Source: Thermoproteus tenax Kra 1 (lineage in GTDB: Archaea > Thermoproteota > Thermoprotei > Thermoproteales > Thermoproteaceae). From it: a DNA stretch of 24,000 nucleotides. Positions within the stretch are counted from its first letter, which is position 1. Every line of letters starts with the position of its first letter. Shown in pieces: positions 22,717 through 24,000 of this stretch. The position numbers were made by a program, and so were the translations under genes. The stretch lies in the NCBI RefSeq assembly GCF_000253055.1, contig NC_016070.1, positions 1,796,220 through 1,820,219 of the forward strand, read 5' to 3'. Under the pieces are notes generated by a model, which was given only the letters and a program-made list of their open reading frames with translations, was not told the origin of the DNA and ran no database searches.

Positions 22717-24000
22717 TGACTATAGAGGAAGTCCTCAGAGAGGCGTCTGCGCTTGTGACGCCCGGGCCCGAGTTGGCCAAGGAGGCTAGGGAGATCTCGA
22801 CTCGCTTCACAGAGTACGTGGAGAGCTTGTTGTTGAGACTCGGCATTGAGGGAGAGGTGAAGCCCCTGGGCTCCTCCGCTAGGGACACATGGCTACCTGA
22901 GAGCGCCGATGTTGATATATTTATAATTCTACCCAGGAGGTACGAGAGAGGGCTCATAGACGCCTTGGTTGAAAAAATAAAGGCTGAGATGCTCAGAGAC
23001 GGCATAGTCGCTGAGACAAGATATGCAGAACATCCCTATGTTGTCGTCCGCGAGGGCAGATGGGAAGTCGACGTAGTCCCATGCTTTCAGATCTCGCCCG
23101 GCGAGAGGCCTCTCACAGCTGCGGACAGATCCCCGCTCCATCACGCATATCTCTCCGCGAGGCTCGACGAACGGCTGAGGCTGGAGGTAAGGCTGTTGAA
23201 GAGGTTCTTAAAGACCATTGGCGTCTACGGAGCCGAGGTGAAAGTGGAGGGATTCTCCGGCTATCTGGCTGAGCTCTTGACTGTACACTTCGGGTCCTTC
23301 ATTTCAGTTTTGAAGAACGCCGCGACTTGGAGGCCCTACCGAACGGTGATAGATCCAGCGGGCCACTACGGGGATCCCCGCGAGCTTCGGAGAAAGTTCA
23401 AGAGTCCCCTCGTCGTAGTAGATCCAGTAGATCCCAATAGGAATGTGGCCGCGGCGGTTTCCTTGACATCGTTTTCCACCTTCGTGCTTGCCGCCAGAAG
23501 GTTCCTCAAGAGCCCCTCTCTGTCCTATTTTGTCCCAAGGCGTAGCGACAGCTACGTGCCAGTGCCAGCCTTGGTGATCAGGTTTGAATATCCGCATAAA
23601 TCGCCTGACGTCGTCTGGGGCATGTTTAAACGGTATGCAAGAGCGCTCGCCAACAAGCTAGAGGAGTGCGGATTCAAAGTGATGAGGGTTGGCGTTGATA
23701 GCGATGAGAGGACGTACGTGGACGTGGCTTTACTCCTCGAGTCGCTTCGCTTGCCGGAGTTCGAGCTACATAGAGGCCCTCCGGCGTACAGCGAGTCGGC
23801 GGATAAATTCGTGGAGAAATATCTGGGCCAAGACGTGGTGGGTCCCTTCGTTGAGGGCACGCGCGTGTACGTTATACGTCGCAGGAAGGTGCAAGATGCC
23901 GAGATGTGTATAAAGAAGGCGCTGAAAGAGCTGGGTCTCTCGCCCACTGAGATAAAACTCGGCGTATACCCGCCCCTCTCTGGAGGGAACCCCTGGATAA
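22716..24000 (+). CDS. cca: CCA-adding enzyme (archaeal class I tRNA nucleotidyltransferase); extreme C-terminus outside the window
   Basis: Not in the ORF track because there is no stop in the window. My translation from the ATG at 22716 (overlapping the thpR TGA in TGATG) reads MTIEEVLREASALVTPGPELAKEA...KPLGSSARDTWLPESADVDIFIILP...DRSPLHHAYL...KVEGFSGYLAELL. It has the GSxxRxTWL...DxD nucleotidyltransferase motif and stays open to base 24000. Confidence 0.9.
   Translation, partial: MTIEEVLREASALVTPGPELAKEAREISTRFTEYVESLLLRLGIEGEVKPLGSSARDTWLPESADVDIFIILPRRYERGLIDALVEKIKAEMLRDGIVAETRYAEHPYVVVREGRWEVDVVPCFQISPGERPLTAADRSPLHHAYLSARLDERLRLEVRLLKRFLKTIGVYGAEVKVEGFSGYLAELLTVHFGSFISVLKNAATWRPYRTVIDPAGHYGDPRELRRKFKSPLVVVDPVDPNRNVAAAVSLTSFSTFVLAARRFLKSPSLSYFVPRRSDSYVPVPALVIRFEYPHKSPDVVWGMFKRYARALANKLEECGFKVMRVGVDSDERTYVDVALLLESLRLPEFELHRGPPAYSESADKFVEKYLGQDVVGPFVEGTRVYVIRRRKVQDAEMCIKKALKELGLSPTEIKLGVYPPLSGGNPWI

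Noticed and set aside
22713-22719. GTGATGA at the thpR/cca junction, and ATGATGA at 2549-2555 inside the Ard1 gene, as C boxes
   Set aside because: Neither has a CTGA D box at about 45-55 nt nor recognisable D'/C' boxes downstream. The 22713 string is simply the overlapping TGA/ATG of two coupled genes.
1-24000. Search for mobile elements, CRISPR arrays, defence or toxin systems, rRNA or tRNA genes
   Set aside because: I noticed no repeat-spacer periodicity and no integrase, transposase or Cas-like ORFs. I also saw no terminal inverted repeats or att-like tRNA fragments, and no obvious compositional break apart from the 9.6-9.95 kb intergenic region. The window reads as conserved core genome.

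Overview
This is a very gene-dense chromosomal core segment of a hyperthermophilic crenarchaeon, probably Thermoproteaceae (Pyrobaculum/Thermoproteus-like). That is inferred from protein content and promoter style and was not searched. I call 32 protein-coding genes, two of them truncated by the window edges, plus one weakly supported 56-aa ORF. The left half is metabolism and transport: a phosphohexomutase, DUF763, the Ard1-type N-acetyltransferase, archaeal ApgM, a tauE-DUF1634-wHTH-cutA operon, an HD hydrolase, an OCD/mu-crystallin enzyme, a radical SAM protein, Nre, a large repeat-rich surface protein with an ABC ATPase, and a ThiF-type E1-like enzyme. The right half (17.2-24 kb) is an information-processing cluster: aIF5A, DUF655, Rpo4/RpoF, L21e, a GPN-loop GTPase, SRP19, S8e, TFB, Gar1, a TFE-beta-like WH/Fe-S protein, 2',3'-cyclic phosphodiesterase and the CCA-adding enzyme. 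Nearly every first-in-operon gene starts 21-26 nt downstream of an A/T-rich TATA box, which indicates leaderless transcripts. This spacing suggests shorter starts than the longest ORF for four genes. Genes are packed tightly enough that several convergent pairs overlap at their stop codons. I see no rRNA, tRNA, CRISPR, integrase, transposase or recognisable defence genes, and no convincing novel multi-gene system. The best unannotated signals are non-coding. One is a canonical C/D box sRNA at about 15.6 kb whose D guide matches a conserved LSU rRNA motif. Another is a weaker look-alike at about 9.6 kb with the same geometry against a stop codon. The third is a strongly structured GC-rich island of about 135 nt (9650-9783) of unknown RNA class. 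Protein-level items worth follow-up are the E1-like/wHTH-fusion gene pair, an ABC ATPase with no permease gene coupled to the surface protein, and a cluster of uncharacterised genes at 7.1-8.7 kb that includes the 56-aa ORF, which falls below the 60-aa floor of the supplied ORF track.
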